A stretch of DNA of 64,000 nt from Candidatus Heimdallarchaeota archaeon (GCA_016840095.1 JAEOSZ010000040.1:42194-106193), one strand, 5' to 3'. Shown: positions 19,485 to 30,148, numbered from the stretch's first letter. Translations and numbers: made by a program. The notes: generated by a model not told the origin, from the sequence alone.

Positions 19485-20939
19485 GTGAAGAGAGGACAAA
19501 TAGCTTTAATCATAACTTTTGTAGTTATTATTGGTGGAGGTGTAGGAGTATATTTTCTCATTGAGTCCTTAGGGACCAAGACAACGATTGCACCAGATTA
19601 TCAGCTTCAGAGTCTTAATGGTACAGATTTTACTATCTCTTCTCTCCAACCAAAAACAATTTTGTTGGATTTCATGAGCATTCCTTGCATTCCTTGCAAG
19701 GAGATGAATCAGAGAATGATTGATTTACAAGCTGACACTGATCTTCAAGGAAAATTCACTGTTATTTCAATTGAAACATATACAAATACCTCTCTTATTG
19801 ACCTTCAAAATCATGCAACTACTGAAAACATGACTTGGGCAGTTGCTATTGCTCCTGAAGGTATGCAAGCTGAGTACGGTGTTACTTTAATCCCAACTTT
19901 TGTAATAATTAATGATGAAGGAAAAATAACCTATTTTCAAGAAGGATTAATAGCTTATGATACTCTTAAACAAGAACTACTGGATACTATTGAAGGTAGA
20001 AGTCAAGGTATAGAAATAACAAGCTATCAAGGCTTCATCATAGGTTTTGCAATTATAACAGCTTTTTCATCCTTTTTCTCTCCATGTTCTTTTCCATTGC
20101 TTCCAGGATATGTAGCACATATCATGGGTATGGATATTAAGAAGAAAAAAGAAACAGAAGAAGAAATTGAGAAAAAACGTAATAAAGGTCGTATATTGGT
20201 CTATCCTCTGTTGGGTTTAAGCAGTGGAATAGGTATTCTTGTTAGTTATCTAATTCTTGGAGTGGTTGTCAGCTCAGTTGGAAATACAGTTCTTCCTTAT
20301 GTTACATATTTTATGCCAATAATCGGTGGAATTTTTATAGTTCTAGGAATTCTGATGTTTACTCCATTGCAGTTTTCATTTTCTAGATTATTAGGATGGA
20401 TTAGAAAAAGACAAATTTCTGCTGAAGACAAAAAAGAAGGTTCAAACTTCACAAACTTCTCAAGTACTTTTCTTTATGGACTAGGGTATGGAATTGCTTC
20501 CTTAGGTTGTAATGCTCCAATTTTTCTAGCTTTCAGTTTACAAGTTTCTTCCCAAGAGAAAGCAATTCAAATGGTATTTGCTTATGTAGCTTTTTCAGTA
20601 ACAATCATAGCTTTAATGGTAGGAGCTACAATCCTTATTAGCACCTCTAAAGATGCTTTTCTCCAAAAACTCAAAGCAAGCACAGAAACAATAAAGAAAA
20701 TAAGTGGAGTGGTAATCGTAGCTGTTGGTATTTACCTCATCTTAGAATTCACTGTAGGGTCTTTATTTGGTATCGGAGTAGCATTAATGTTTGTAGGTTT
20801 AGCAGCATTTACAGATCTCATATTCAGAGTGATTAAAAGAAAGTTTGAGCTATATTTAGGATTAGTAGAATTCATTTTAGGAGGGACTCTATTAGGGTTA
20901 GGAATAACCTTATTATTAAGACATATACTAGGTGGATAG
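19485..20939 (+). CDS. TlpA-like thioredoxin fused to CcdA/DsbD membrane domain
   Basis: APDYQL, CIPC, IPTF; FFSPCSFPLLPGY and ASLGCNAP in a multi-TM C-terminal half. Confidence 0.85.
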   Translation: MKRGQIALIITFVVIIGGGVGVYFLIESLGTKTTIAPDYQLQSLNGTDFTISSLQPKTILLDFMSIPCIPCKEMNQRMIDLQADTDLQGKFTVISIETYTNTSLIDLQNHATTENMTWAVAIAPEGMQAEYGVTLIPTFVIINDEGKITYFQEGLIAYDTLKQELLDTIEGRSQGIEITSYQGFIIGFAIITAFSSFFSPCSFPLLPGYVAHIMGMDIKKKKETEEEIEKKRNKGRILVYPLLGLSSGIGILVSYLILGVVVSSVGNTVLPYVTYFMPIIGGIFIVLGILMFTPLQFSFSRLLGWIRKRQISAEDKKEGSNFTNFSSTFLYGLGYGIASLGCNAPIFLAFSLQVSSQEKAIQMVFAYVAFSVTIIALMVGATILISTSKDAFLQKLKASTETIKKISGVVIVAVGIYLILEFTVGSLFGIGVALMFVGLAAFTDLIFRVIKRKFELYLGLVEFILGGTLLGLGITLLLRHILGG

Positions 20940-20943
20940 AATA

Positions 20944-21489
20944 ATGAAAATTAAGTATAAATCTTTGGTATTATTGGTTATTGGCTTACTAGCTTTAGCA
21001 ACTATTACTAATGTAGAAGTAAGTGCATCAATTGATTACGGAATTAGTGAAATCACACATTCTCCTGAAACTTTGCAGAAAGGTCAAAACATGACTGTTG
21101 AAGTAATTTTTGACAATACTACAGATGTAGATATTGTAAGACTTTTGATTTGTACTCTTAGTCCTAGTTTTGTTTGTGAACCTCAACCAATAGTCATGGA
21201 TAATATTTCTGCTATAACCTATTCTGCTGATTTTCTTATTGAATATGATGAAGGCACTGAAGTGGGATACCATATCCAAATAATCTATCTAAATGCTACA
21301 TCAATATTGATCCCAGATACATCAGATTTCCTTGGTAAGGAGATAGTTGAACCAATAACAGATGAATTCTTTTTTAGTGCTGGAGTAGTTGGTGGAATAA
21401 ATAAAACTGGTTGTTGTGGAATATTTAGTACTGTTCTAGCAGTAGTAGCTTCAACAATTATACTCAAAAAGAAAAAGAAACACAACTAG
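20944..21489 (+). CDS. Secreted membrane-anchored protein with Cys-Cys-Gly before the C-terminal TM
   Basis: Signal peptide, C-x7-C pair, KTGCCGIF + TM + KKKKK tail; ATG 20944 (GTG 20932 possible). Confidence 0.6.
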   Translation: MKIKYKSLVLLVIGLLALATITNVEVSASIDYGISEITHSPETLQKGQNMTVEVIFDNTTDVDIVRLLICTLSPSFVCEPQPIVMDNISAITYSADFLIEYDEGTEVGYHIQIIYLNATSILIPDTSDFLGKEIVEPITDEFFFSAGVVGGINKTGCCGIFSTVLAVVASTIILKKKKKHN

Positions 21490-21521
21490 ATATTTAATGA
21501 TCATTTGAGAATTGATGATAT

Positions 21522-22481
21522 ATGAGCAATCCTGAAGAAATTTTTTCTCACACCTCTGAACAAAAGGAAATTATTCAGAATTTCTTGAAACAAGGTAGAA
21601 GAGATGTTCCAACATATTTAGAAGGAGGAGCTGAAGCTAAATATGTGGAAATTGATGATGGAGAACTAAGATATTTCCATCATAAACCTGATAACATTCA
21701 AACAAAAAGACCTGTTGTTTTCATTCCTGGTTATGTGGCTGCACCAATTAGTTGGGTAGACTTTTCACTTCCACTACATGGTATTGGAGAATACTACTAT
21801 CTGGAAACAAGAGAAAAGAAGTCAAGTAAAATTCAAAACAAACGAAAAGCTTCTATGACTGTTGATCAAACTGCAAAGGATATTGGAGTTGCACTTGAAA
21901 ATTTGGGAATGAAAAACAAGGATTTTGTATTGTTGGGATCAAGCTATGGATCAACAAATATCTTAGCAGGATTGAGTAAGAAGTATTTTACAGCGCCAAC
22001 TATTGTGGTTCATGATCCAATGGTTACATGGGTCAATAAAAATAGAGCTATGGAAATCTTAATGCAAGTTGTACCTAAATTCATTCTAGTTCCAATTAAA
22101 ATGCCATTAGCATATATTGCAACAATGGGGATGGAAAACAAAGCCAATAGGAAAAGGATGCTGGACTTCATGAGAGGTGTAGAACCATGGAAGTTCAAAA
22201 GATGTACTCTTCAGAACAATAAACTAGATATGTTTAATGATCTCAAAGAAATAGAGGAAGAAGTGTTTTTCTCAACAGGTCCCTTGGATAGATATCATTT
22301 TCGATCAGAATTTTATGGATATGCTAAAGAAATAGCTAAGGGAAGATTCATTTTCATGAATACACCAGACGAAGATAGACAATTGATTACAGGTATAATA
22401 GGCAGAGAATTCATGAAAGTCACCCAAAATGAAGGTATTCCTGAATCACTAAAGCAATTTGAAATAAGGATTGATAGGTAG
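21522..22481 (+). CDS. Alpha/beta hydrolase (paralog 1)
   Basis: VVFIPGY oxyanion region, LGSSYG nucleophile elbow, DRYH. Confidence 0.7.
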   Translation: MSNPEEIFSHTSEQKEIIQNFLKQGRRDVPTYLEGGAEAKYVEIDDGELRYFHHKPDNIQTKRPVVFIPGYVAAPISWVDFSLPLHGIGEYYYLETREKKSSKIQNKRKASMTVDQTAKDIGVALENLGMKNKDFVLLGSSYGSTNILAGLSKKYFTAPTIVVHDPMVTWVNKNRAMEILMQVVPKFILVPIKMPLAYIATMGMENKANRKRMLDFMRGVEPWKFKRCTLQNNKLDMFNDLKEIEEEVFFSTGPLDRYHFRSEFYGYAKEIAKGRFIFMNTPDEDRQLITGIIGREFMKVTQNEGIPESLKQFEIRIDR

Positions 22482-22530
22482 TATTAAGTTTCGAAAAGCA
22501 CATAAATAAAGAGTTTCGAGGCAAAGTAGT

Positions 22531-23496
22531 ATGAATAATAAACAGTCCTTATTTCAGCATACTAAAGAAGAAAAATCAATAATTGCTAAATTTCTGAAAG
22601 AAGGAAGAAGAGCTGTACCAACTTTTCTAGATGAAGGTGCTGCTGAGATCAAATACGTCCCAATTGATGAAGGAGAACTCAGAGTTTTTCACCACAAACC
22701 AAAAAAAAGTGAAACTAAAAGACCTGTAATTTTCGTTCCAGGCTATGTTGCAGCTCCAATTACATGGGTGGATTTTCATATACCTCATCAAGGTTTTGGG
22801 GAATACTATTATCTAGAGACTAGAGAAAAAAGATCAAGCAAAATTAAAAAAACTAAAAGAACATCCATGTCTGCAAACCAAACAGCTAAGGACTTAGGTC
22901 AGGTTATTGAAAACTTAGGATTAAACGAAAAGGATTTTGTTTTGTATGCTTCTAGTTATGGAGCAACTGTTGTTCTAGAAGGTTTAATTCAAGGTTATTT
23001 TACAGCACCTACAATTATAGTACATGATCCAGTAATAAAGTGGGTGTGGGGGGAAAGATCGCTAAATAATTTTGCACTTAAATTTGTTCCTAAGTTTATC
23101 CTTTCTGCATTAAGAATGCCTCTTGCATATATTTTCACATGGGGTATGAAAAACAAAACAAACAAAGAAAGAATGCTTGAGTTTGCTAGGGGAATAGTAC
23201 CTTGGAAATTCAAAAGAGTCACATTAGAAAATAACAAACTGAACATGTTTAATGATCTAAAGAAGATAAAAGAGGAAGTCTTTATCACAACTGGTCCTTT
23301 AGATAGATATCACCCTAGAATTGCTTACTACAATTATGCTAAGGAAATACCTAGAGGAAGGTTGATTTTCATGAATACTCCTGATTCTGAACGACAATTA
23401 ATTGCAGGTATAATTGGTACTGAATTTGTAAAGGTTTCAAGTGAAGAAGGTATTCCAAAGACAATTGAACAGTTTGAAATTGATTTAGAAAGATAA
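22531..23496 (+). CDS. Alpha/beta hydrolase (paralog 2, tandem duplicate)
   Basis: Colinear with 21522..22481 (EYYYLETREK, FTAPTI, PWKFKR, TGPLDRYH); elbow YASSYG. Confidence 0.7.
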   Translation: MNNKQSLFQHTKEEKSIIAKFLKEGRRAVPTFLDEGAAEIKYVPIDEGELRVFHHKPKKSETKRPVIFVPGYVAAPITWVDFHIPHQGFGEYYYLETREKRSSKIKKTKRTSMSANQTAKDLGQVIENLGLNEKDFVLYASSYGATVVLEGLIQGYFTAPTIIVHDPVIKWVWGERSLNNFALKFVPKFILSALRMPLAYIFTWGMKNKTNKERMLEFARGIVPWKFKRVTLENNKLNMFNDLKKIKEEVFITTGPLDRYHPRIAYYNYAKEIPRGRLIFMNTPDSERQLIAGIIGTEFVKVSSEEGIPKTIEQFEIDLER

Positions 23497-23583
23497 TTTG
23501 ATATTCTATATATACTGTATAAGCAAATGATTATAAGTGTGGTTTTTTTCAAGAGGATAAGAGAACATATTAGAGGTAATTAA

Positions 23584-23946
23584 TTGACTACTACAGAAAC
23601 TAAGTCTTTTCCTTTTAAGAAAGTTTTACCAATATTAGGCTTTTTTCTAGGCCCTATTTTGATTTCCATTGGAATATTCATTCAAGGAACTCTATGGAAA
23701 GTATTGTTAATTGTACTTGGGTCAATCTTGCTTCTAAGTCTGTATTTTCTAAGAAAACCTATTTCTAAAACTTCCCAAAAAACATGTTCTGTTTGTAGTG
23801 GGTCAGGATCCATAAAACAAACAGCTTTTCCAAATCATTCTGTAAATAATTGTCAAAGCTACAAAACAATAACAAAAACCTGTGGAATGTGCAATGGAAC
23901 AGGTGTAGAACCACTTGAAGAATTGGAAGAAGTAGAAGGTAAGTAA
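23584..23946 (+). CDS. Two-TM membrane protein with DnaJ-type CxxCxGxG zinc finger
   Basis: Two hydrophobic helices followed by CSVCSGSG and CGMCNGTG. Confidence 0.65.
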   Translation: MTTTETKSFPFKKVLPILGFFLGPILISIGIFIQGTLWKVLLIVLGSILLLSLYFLRKPISKTSQKTCSVCSGSGSIKQTAFPNHSVNNCQSYKTITKTCGMCNGTGVEPLEELEEVEGK

Positions 23947-24023
23947 ATTTGATTAGTTTTTAATCTTATTTTCAATATATTTATCAGTTGCAATCTGTAT
24001 ATATTGAATAAGGCAGTGAAATC

Positions 24024-24332
24024 TTGAAAACTAAAGATAAGAAGAAAATTGAAGGTGATTGCTATTTTTGTAAACAAGAGCTTAAGACTGTTGATAAAAC
24101 TGAGAAGATTCGTTTAGGTTGTTGTGATGTTGTTTCACATAAGAAAGAATTATACCAATGGTTCCTGAAAAATCAACACTGTCCAAATTGTCTAAGTGTG
24201 CACAAACAACTAAGAACTAAATTGCTAAACTGGGGAATGAATTTAGAAAGTCCCCAAAGAAAGCATCAGAAAACTAGCACATTTGAAAAAAAAAGAAAAC
24301 CAATTAGGTATGAAAAGAAATTGAGGAAGTAA
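24024..24332 (+). CDS. RING-finger-like protein (variant)
   Basis: CYFC-x16-CC-x4-H-x2-E-x3-W-x6-CPNC, basic tail. Confidence 0.55.
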   Translation: MKTKDKKKIEGDCYFCKQELKTVDKTEKIRLGCCDVVSHKKELYQWFLKNQHCPNCLSVHKQLRTKLLNWGMNLESPQRKHQKTSTFEKKRKPIRYEKKLRK

Positions 24333-24385
24333 AATATTTTTGTAATTCACAAAAATTGAAAAGGGTTTGTCCAGTTTTCTGATAT

Positions 24386-25198
24386 ATGCTTCATCGAAGA
24401 GTCTTGCTACTAATGATTGTGCTAATCATACCTCTATCTGTGATGCCATTAACTGGAATTTCATCAGAAGCAAATACAAGTCCAGAGATTATTACAGAAA
24501 CAACTTTTGTACAACAAGCACCAGAAATTTCTGTACAAGATGTAGATTCAGGCTTAATTTACTCTCTTAGTGATTTCCTAGGAAAAATAGTTATTCTAGA
24601 TCTCTTCGCAACTTGGTGTCCGCCTTGTCAGTTATCTCTTCCTTACCTAAGAGAAGTATATTCATCTTATTCTCTTAGTGATTTACAAATTATATCAGTT
24701 GATATAGATACAGCTGAATCACAAGCTGTTGTATCTCAATTCAGACAAGATGAAGGGATGAGCTGGATTGTCAGTTTAGATCCTGGTAATACCATTCTTG
24801 GAATCTATGGAACTGGTTCAATTCCTACATTTTACATAATAGATCAGGAAGGAACAGTTCAATGGAGTGATACAGGATTTACCAATGAAATAACCAAACC
24901 AGCAATGGAAGATACAATAAAAGGGCTACTAGAAGAAAATCCAACTAATGGAAATCCTGGTCCATCTCCAACATCTAAAGTGTTTTTTATTATTTTAGAG
25001 ATTGTAGCTGGTTTAGCAGTTGCAATTGCAGCTGTGTTTGGAGTGTACAAACTTCGACAACGAGTTGGAATTAAAAATTGCCCAACTTGTGGTAGTTTAG
25101 CCAGCTCTAAATGTGCAAAATGTGGAATTCTTACCTGTGCTAATTGTTCTGGAAGAGGATGTAAAAATTGTGGTAGTAGACAATTCATAAGGTTGTAA
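24386..25198 (+). CDS. Exported TlpA-like thioredoxin with TM and cytoplasmic Cys8 zinc-finger tail
   Basis: Signal peptide, FATWCPPC, SIPTF, TM, then CPTC/CAKC/CANC/CKNC. Confidence 0.8.
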   Translation: MLHRRVLLLMIVLIIPLSVMPLTGISSEANTSPEIITETTFVQQAPEISVQDVDSGLIYSLSDFLGKIVILDLFATWCPPCQLSLPYLREVYSSYSLSDLQIISVDIDTAESQAVVSQFRQDEGMSWIVSLDPGNTILGIYGTGSIPTFYIIDQEGTVQWSDTGFTNEITKPAMEDTIKGLLEENPTNGNPGPSPTSKVFFIILEIVAGLAVAIAAVFGVYKLRQRVGIKNCPTCGSLASSKCAKCGILTCANCSGRGCKNCGSRQFIRL

Positions 25199-25230
25199 TC
25201 TTCAAAAAATAAAAAAAGAATTAAAGGAAG

Positions 25231-26340
25231 TTAAGGAATTAACCATTTTCCTGCTTTGTATATCTCTTTTCCATCTAGATAAATAATTGAATCATCGCTC
25301 TTCATGTCTTTGAGAATATCCCAATGAACATTAGCAACATTCTTGGATCCAATTTCAGCAAAACCTGCACCTAAAGCAAGGTGTACTGTTCCACCCATCT
25401 TTTCATCAAAGAGCATGTTTTTAGTAAATTTTTGAATCCCATAATTGGTTCCAATTGCAACTTCCCCTAATATGTCAGCATTTTCAATTTCGAGTACTTT
25501 TTCAAGAATTTCTTGTCCTTTCTCAGCGGTGTACTCTGCAACCTTTCCGTCCTTGAATTTGAGCCAGATGTTTTCAACTTCCTTACCCATAAAGATTCCA
25601 GGATAAGTGAAACGAATAGTTCCATTAACAGAATCTTCAACGGGAGAAGTGAATACTTCACCATCAGGAAGATTCTTATCTCCACAAGCATTAATCCATC
25701 CTCTACCTTCAATACTCATAACAAGATCAGTATCTTCTCCAACTATTCTAAGTTCTTTTCCAGTTCTAAGAATCTCGACTATTGCTTCTTGTTCTTCTTT
25801 TACAGATTGCCAATAAGCAACTGGATCATCTGTATCTAGAGCTAAAGCTTTGTAAACAAATTCTTTGTATTCCATAGTTCCCATATTACCTTCTTGTGCA
25901 AATGCAGGAGAAGGATAAGGACAGATGGTCCACACAAGATCTCCAGAACCAGATCTTTCGAAGTAAATCTTTCTTAATTCTTTGTTAGCTTCATTTACTT
26001 GCATTTGCTTTGCTGGATCAACATTAACAAGAGCTTTTCTATTAGTGGAGCTAAATACATTGACCATTTTATCGACTTTCTTTATCATCTCCAAGGAGAA
26101 AGGATTGACATAATTTAATTGATGTTCTTGAGCATGTTTGAAGTACAGTTCAGCTGTTCCAGGAATACCTAGTCTGACATGAACTACATGTCCACCAGCT
26201 TTGATAGTTTCAATATGTATCTCTCTTACCAGATCTGCGGAGTCTATCCCTCCATCAATTGTAACTGTGTCGCCTTTCTGAACATTAATTGAATAGTTCA
26301 CAACAAGTTTAGCTAATTTTTCATTATAATCATCTAACAT
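25231..26340 (-). CDS. M29 aminopeptidase (AmpS/AmpT-type)
   Basis: NLPDGEVFT, LGEVAIG, LFDEKMGGTVHLALG, VHWDI. Confidence 0.92.
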   Translation of the reverse strand: MLDDYNEKLAKLVVNYSINVQKGDTVTIDGGIDSADLVREIHIETIKAGGHVVHVRLGIPGTAELYFKHAQEHQLNYVNPFSLEMIKKVDKMVNVFSSTNRKALVNVDPAKQMQVNEANKELRKIYFERSGSGDLVWTICPYPSPAFAQEGNMGTMEYKEFVYKALALDTDDPVAYWQSVKEEQEAIVEILRTGKELRIVGEDTDLVMSIEGRGWINACGDKNLPDGEVFTSPVEDSVNGTIRFTYPGIFMGKEVENIWLKFKDGKVAEYTAEKGQEILEKVLEIENADILGEVAIGTNYGIQKFTKNMLFDEKMGGTVHLALGAGFAEIGSKNVANVHWDILKDMKSDDSIIYLDGKEIYKAGKWLIP

Positions 26341-26434
26341 TCTAAAATCACTACCAAAATCTTCCTTTCAGATAATTATAAGTTTTACACTGTTTAGATG
26401 AGTCGATAAGTTATCAAAAGTAGAATTTGAGTGG

Positions 26435-27622
26435 TTATCTGAATAACCACATTTTGGTCCATTTATACTCCTTGATAATAGAGTATAAGATTTGAAGATT
26501 CAACAATTCACCATTAATTCCATTTGCCATTATAACTGCCCCTTGACCAGTAACTGGATTTGCAATCATCAGACAAGTAGCTCCTGGCAAATTTGTACCA
26601 GGATGAGTTATTAGTAGCTTATCTTCTTCTTCAATCAAAAAGATTCCCAATCCTTGACTTGTAAAACCAAAGTATTTCGCTGGATCTAGTTTTAGTTGTG
26701 AAGAGAGCATCTCTTTTGTCATTCCATGTGATAATAGTTTATTTGATCTACCATGAAATGAGTTCATAAGTTCAACTAAGAATAAGCATAGTTCAGTTGG
26801 TGTAGTAAGAATTCCTCCTTGACCTAAAGCTGTTGGATGTAAGCCAGATTCTCTGGCTATACCTTGATCATCATGAGGGACAATAGATTTACTTTTTAAT
26901 TCTCCAGAAGGAAATTCGAACGTACTATTTATCATATTAAGAGGATTAAAAATTACGTCTTTGATGATCTTAGGGAAAGAACTATCTTCCAAATCTTCTA
27001 GGAGTTTTTGTATTATGATGTATCCGAAATTTGAATAGTTGTGCTCTTTACCAGGTAAGGAATTAACTTCGACAGCATCATTGATAGCAGGTGATACACC
27101 ATTCAAAACTTGTTCAATTGTAGGAATTTTGCTATCTTCAACGCCGAACATAGAATCAGGACGATTTATACCTGAAGTATGTGTTAACAAATGTCTAAGA
27201 GTTATTCTATTTTTTTGAGTAAAATCATTAGTTGGAATCTTCCAGGTTTTGAGATATTGGTTAACATCACTATCTAGAGAAATAAGTTCCCTATCTATTA
27301 AGTTAAGAATCGCAACAGAAGTGAAAGTTTTAGAAGTTGAACAACCTTCAAATAGAGTATCTAAGGTTACTTTCTCATTTGTTCTAACGTCTTTAATACC
27401 ATAACAGGCAGACCACTCAATTTCGAAGTTGTTGATAACTGATATACTTATACCAGGTACCTTTAACTCCTGCATTCTCTCTTCTAATTCACTAGTATTT
27501 TCCCAAACAGGTAAAGGCATTCCTGTTTGCATATCCAATAAAGGAATTTCATTAACAATAGTTTCAAAATGTTTCTTAGCAGATTGTTTGTCTTTATTAT
27601 AAATTTCTAATTCATTTTTCAT
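26435..27622 (-). CDS. Serine hydrolase, beta-lactamase/AmpC family
   Basis: VPGISI, STSK (SxxK), LRHLLTHTSG, YSN, HPG. Confidence 0.88.
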   Translation of the reverse strand: MKNELEIYNKDKQSAKKHFETIVNEIPLLDMQTGMPLPVWENTSELEERMQELKVPGISISVINNFEIEWSACYGIKDVRTNEKVTLDTLFEGCSTSKTFTSVAILNLIDRELISLDSDVNQYLKTWKIPTNDFTQKNRITLRHLLTHTSGINRPDSMFGVEDSKIPTIEQVLNGVSPAINDAVEVNSLPGKEHNYSNFGYIIIQKLLEDLEDSSFPKIIKDVIFNPLNMINSTFEFPSGELKSKSIVPHDDQGIARESGLHPTALGQGGILTTPTELCLFLVELMNSFHGRSNKLLSHGMTKEMLSSQLKLDPAKYFGFTSQGLGIFLIEEEDKLLITHPGTNLPGATCLMIANPVTGQGAVIMANGINGELLNLQILYSIIKEYKWTKMWLFR

Positions 27623-27761
27623 TTTAGCACTTCTTGTTAAGTTTTATAATGAGTAGTATCAAGCCAGCTTATGAAGTGTTCTGATAAAAAGAATTATAAA
27701 AAACTATGTAAATACTCAGCAGAATATTTAATGTAAAAAAGTAAAAATAGAAAAGAGTATG

Positions 27762-30053
27762 TTACTCTTTCTTTAGCAATTTTTGCATAACTTTGCTATT
27801 TCTTGCAAACTTGACAACAATCCAAATACAGATACCTAGTGCTGCAGCTCCAACAAGAATAACAACAACTAGCCAAACCCATTCATTAGCAATTCCTTCA
27901 AGCTTGAATAAGGTATCACTAAGAACACCTTCTCCAGAATTTATCTTAGATAGTAAGCCCATGAATATAGAAGCAGTTAGAGACATAACAACTAGAAGTG
28001 TGTTAATGCTTGGTCCTGCAGTATCCTTGAATGGATCACCAACAGTATCACCAGTGATAGCAGCATGATGAGTATCAGTACCTTTACCACCAAGATTACC
28101 ATCTTCGATCCATTTTTTTGCATTATCCCAACTTCCACCAGCATTTGACATGAATATAGCGAAGACAAATCCTGATAGAATTGCTCCTGCTAGAAATGCT
28201 CCTAGTGCTGCTACTCCAAAGAATATACCTACTATTAGAGGTATAACTATTGAAATTACGCTTGGTAAAACTAGTTCTCTTAGAGCACCTTTTGTAGCAA
28301 TTTCAATTGTTCTATTGAAATCAGCTGGTACTTTACCTTCTAATATACCTGGTTCCTCTTCAAATTGTCTTCTGATTTCTAGAACCATTTTGGCTGCATT
28401 TCTTTGAACTGACAAGATCAGCAATGCTGAGAATAGAGCAGGTACTACTACACCTACGAAAGCACCAATCAAAACTTTAACATTAAGAAGATCAATTACT
28501 GCGATTCCTGCTTCTTGAACAAAAGAGAACAGAAGTGCTAATACAGCTAGGTTAGCTGCTCCAATTGCAAATCCTTTGGTAATTGCTTTTGCAGTGTTTC
28601 CAGCTGAATCTAAAGCATCAGCCTTTCTGATAATGTCTTCACCCAGTCCTCCTTGTTCAGCAATTGCTCTAGAATTATCAACAATAGGTCCATATGCATC
28701 ATTTGATACAATTGTTCCAACAATTGCTAGCATACCTACTGCAGCCATAGCTACACCAAACACTCCGTCAAGAATGAAAGATACTGACATTGCTACAATA
28801 ATTCCTACTGCAGGTAGAACAACGCTTTGTAAACCATAAGCAAATCCTGAGAGAATTACAACTGCATGTCCTTCTTCAGCTGAATGAGCGATTTCTCTGG
28901 TTGGTTTCTTATCTTCTCTAGTGTAATAATCACTAGTCCATCCAATTACCACTCCACTCAATAAACCGAGAACAACTGCAATATAGTCTTTCCAATATTT
29001 CCAAGTTGCAACTTTGATTTCAGAACCAGTTAAACTCTCTGGGATCTGTGAAACCATTATTGCTACAATTACTGCTGCTAGTCCAGCAAATATTGCTGTT
29101 GAAATGTATGTTCCCATATTTAATGATTTACCTGGATTGTCTCCACCAAAGTATTTGATTAAGAAGATACCAATTAGTGAAGCAATTAAACCTGCTGCTG
29201 AGAGAAGGATTGGTAAGATAACAAAATCTGGACGAACACCAGCTGCTGCAAGAACAGTGGTTCCTAAGATCATAGCCGCTACAATAGAAGCTACATAAGA
29301 ATCCAGTAAATCGCTACCCATACCTGCAATATCACCAACATTGTCACCAACATTGTCAGCGATAGTTGCTGGGTTACGAACGTCATCTTCAGGTAAGTCG
29401 TATTCTGCTTTACCTACTAGATCTGCACCTACATCTGCTGTTTTGGTATAAATACCTCCTCCACATTTCATGAACAAGGCTATTCCAGAAGCTCCAAAGC
29501 TGAACCCTAGTACAATTTGAGTTGCAAATTGCAATGCTTCTGCATCTGGATTGTTACCTGCAAATATCCAGTAGATTCCACCTACACCAATCAATGCAAC
29601 ACCAACAACGGCGAGTCCCATTACTGATCCTCCAAAGAAGGCTATATCGAATCCTTCCTTGATGCCTTTTGTTACTCCTTGTGCTGCTCTTGTATTGGTC
29701 TTTACTCCAACAATTAATCCTAACCATCCTGCAAACATTGATGCTAATGACCCAACTAGGTAAGCTACTGCTTGTTGCCAATTGAGTGTTCCAGCTAAAA
29801 CTGGTACTTCATGTCCAGTCATTGCGGAAGGTAAGAATAAGAGTATAACTAAGAACAGAACTAAAATGAATATTCCTAAAACCAAATATTGGACCTTTAG
29901 AAAGCTTTTAGCTCCTGTTTCAATATAACCGGAAACCTCTATCATTTTTTCGTTTCCACGGTCTTTTCTCATTACAATTACTGTGAAATAGATCGCTGCT
30001 AAAATTGATATGACTCCGGTTATTAAAGCTATAAGTAATAATATATTAGCCAT
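27762..30053 (-). CDS. hppA: Membrane-bound H+-translocating pyrophosphatase, probably K+-independent
   Basis: GGGIYTKTADVGADLVGK, EDDVRNPATIADNVGDNVGD, DAYGPIVDN, GNTAKA (Lys at the K+-dependence position), GDTVGDPFKDTAGP. Confidence 0.93.
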   Translation of the reverse strand: MANILLLIALITGVISILAAIYFTVIVMRKDRGNEKMIEVSGYIETGAKSFLKVQYLVLGIFILVLFLVILLFLPSAMTGHEVPVLAGTLNWQQAVAYLVGSLASMFAGWLGLIVGVKTNTRAAQGVTKGIKEGFDIAFFGGSVMGLAVVGVALIGVGGIYWIFAGNNPDAEALQFATQIVLGFSFGASGIALFMKCGGGIYTKTADVGADLVGKAEYDLPEDDVRNPATIADNVGDNVGDIAGMGSDLLDSYVASIVAAMILGTTVLAAAGVRPDFVILPILLSAAGLIASLIGIFLIKYFGGDNPGKSLNMGTYISTAIFAGLAAVIVAIMVSQIPESLTGSEIKVATWKYWKDYIAVVLGLLSGVVIGWTSDYYTREDKKPTREIAHSAEEGHAVVILSGFAYGLQSVVLPAVGIIVAMSVSFILDGVFGVAMAAVGMLAIVGTIVSNDAYGPIVDNSRAIAEQGGLGEDIIRKADALDSAGNTAKAITKGFAIGAANLAVLALLFSFVQEAGIAVIDLLNVKVLIGAFVGVVVPALFSALLILSVQRNAAKMVLEIRRQFEEEPGILEGKVPADFNRTIEIATKGALRELVLPSVISIVIPLIVGIFFGVAALGAFLAGAILSGFVFAIFMSNAGGSWDNAKKWIEDGNLGGKGTDTHHAAITGDTVGDPFKDTAGPSINTLLVVMSLTASIFMGLLSKINSGEGVLSDTLFKLEGIANEWVWLVVVILVGAAALGICIWIVVKFARNSKVMQKLLKKE

Positions 30054-30148
30054 TATTTTTCACTCTTTTAATTTTAGCTAGTTTTTGAAAAAATACGTAT
30101 TATTTAAAACTTACGAACTGGATTTAGTAAGAAAAAAGTGAGAAAGTG

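Noticed and set aside
26416-26440. Similarity between sequences downstream of the serine hydrolase and hppA stops (possible tail relic)
   Set aside because: Low-complexity terminator-like DNA with no recognizable coding relic.
27793-29781. Several 75-94 aa antisense or alternate-frame ORFs inside hppA, and similar ones inside other genes (including 24367..24570)
   Set aside because: Shadow ORFs of well-supported genes, with no motifs of their own.
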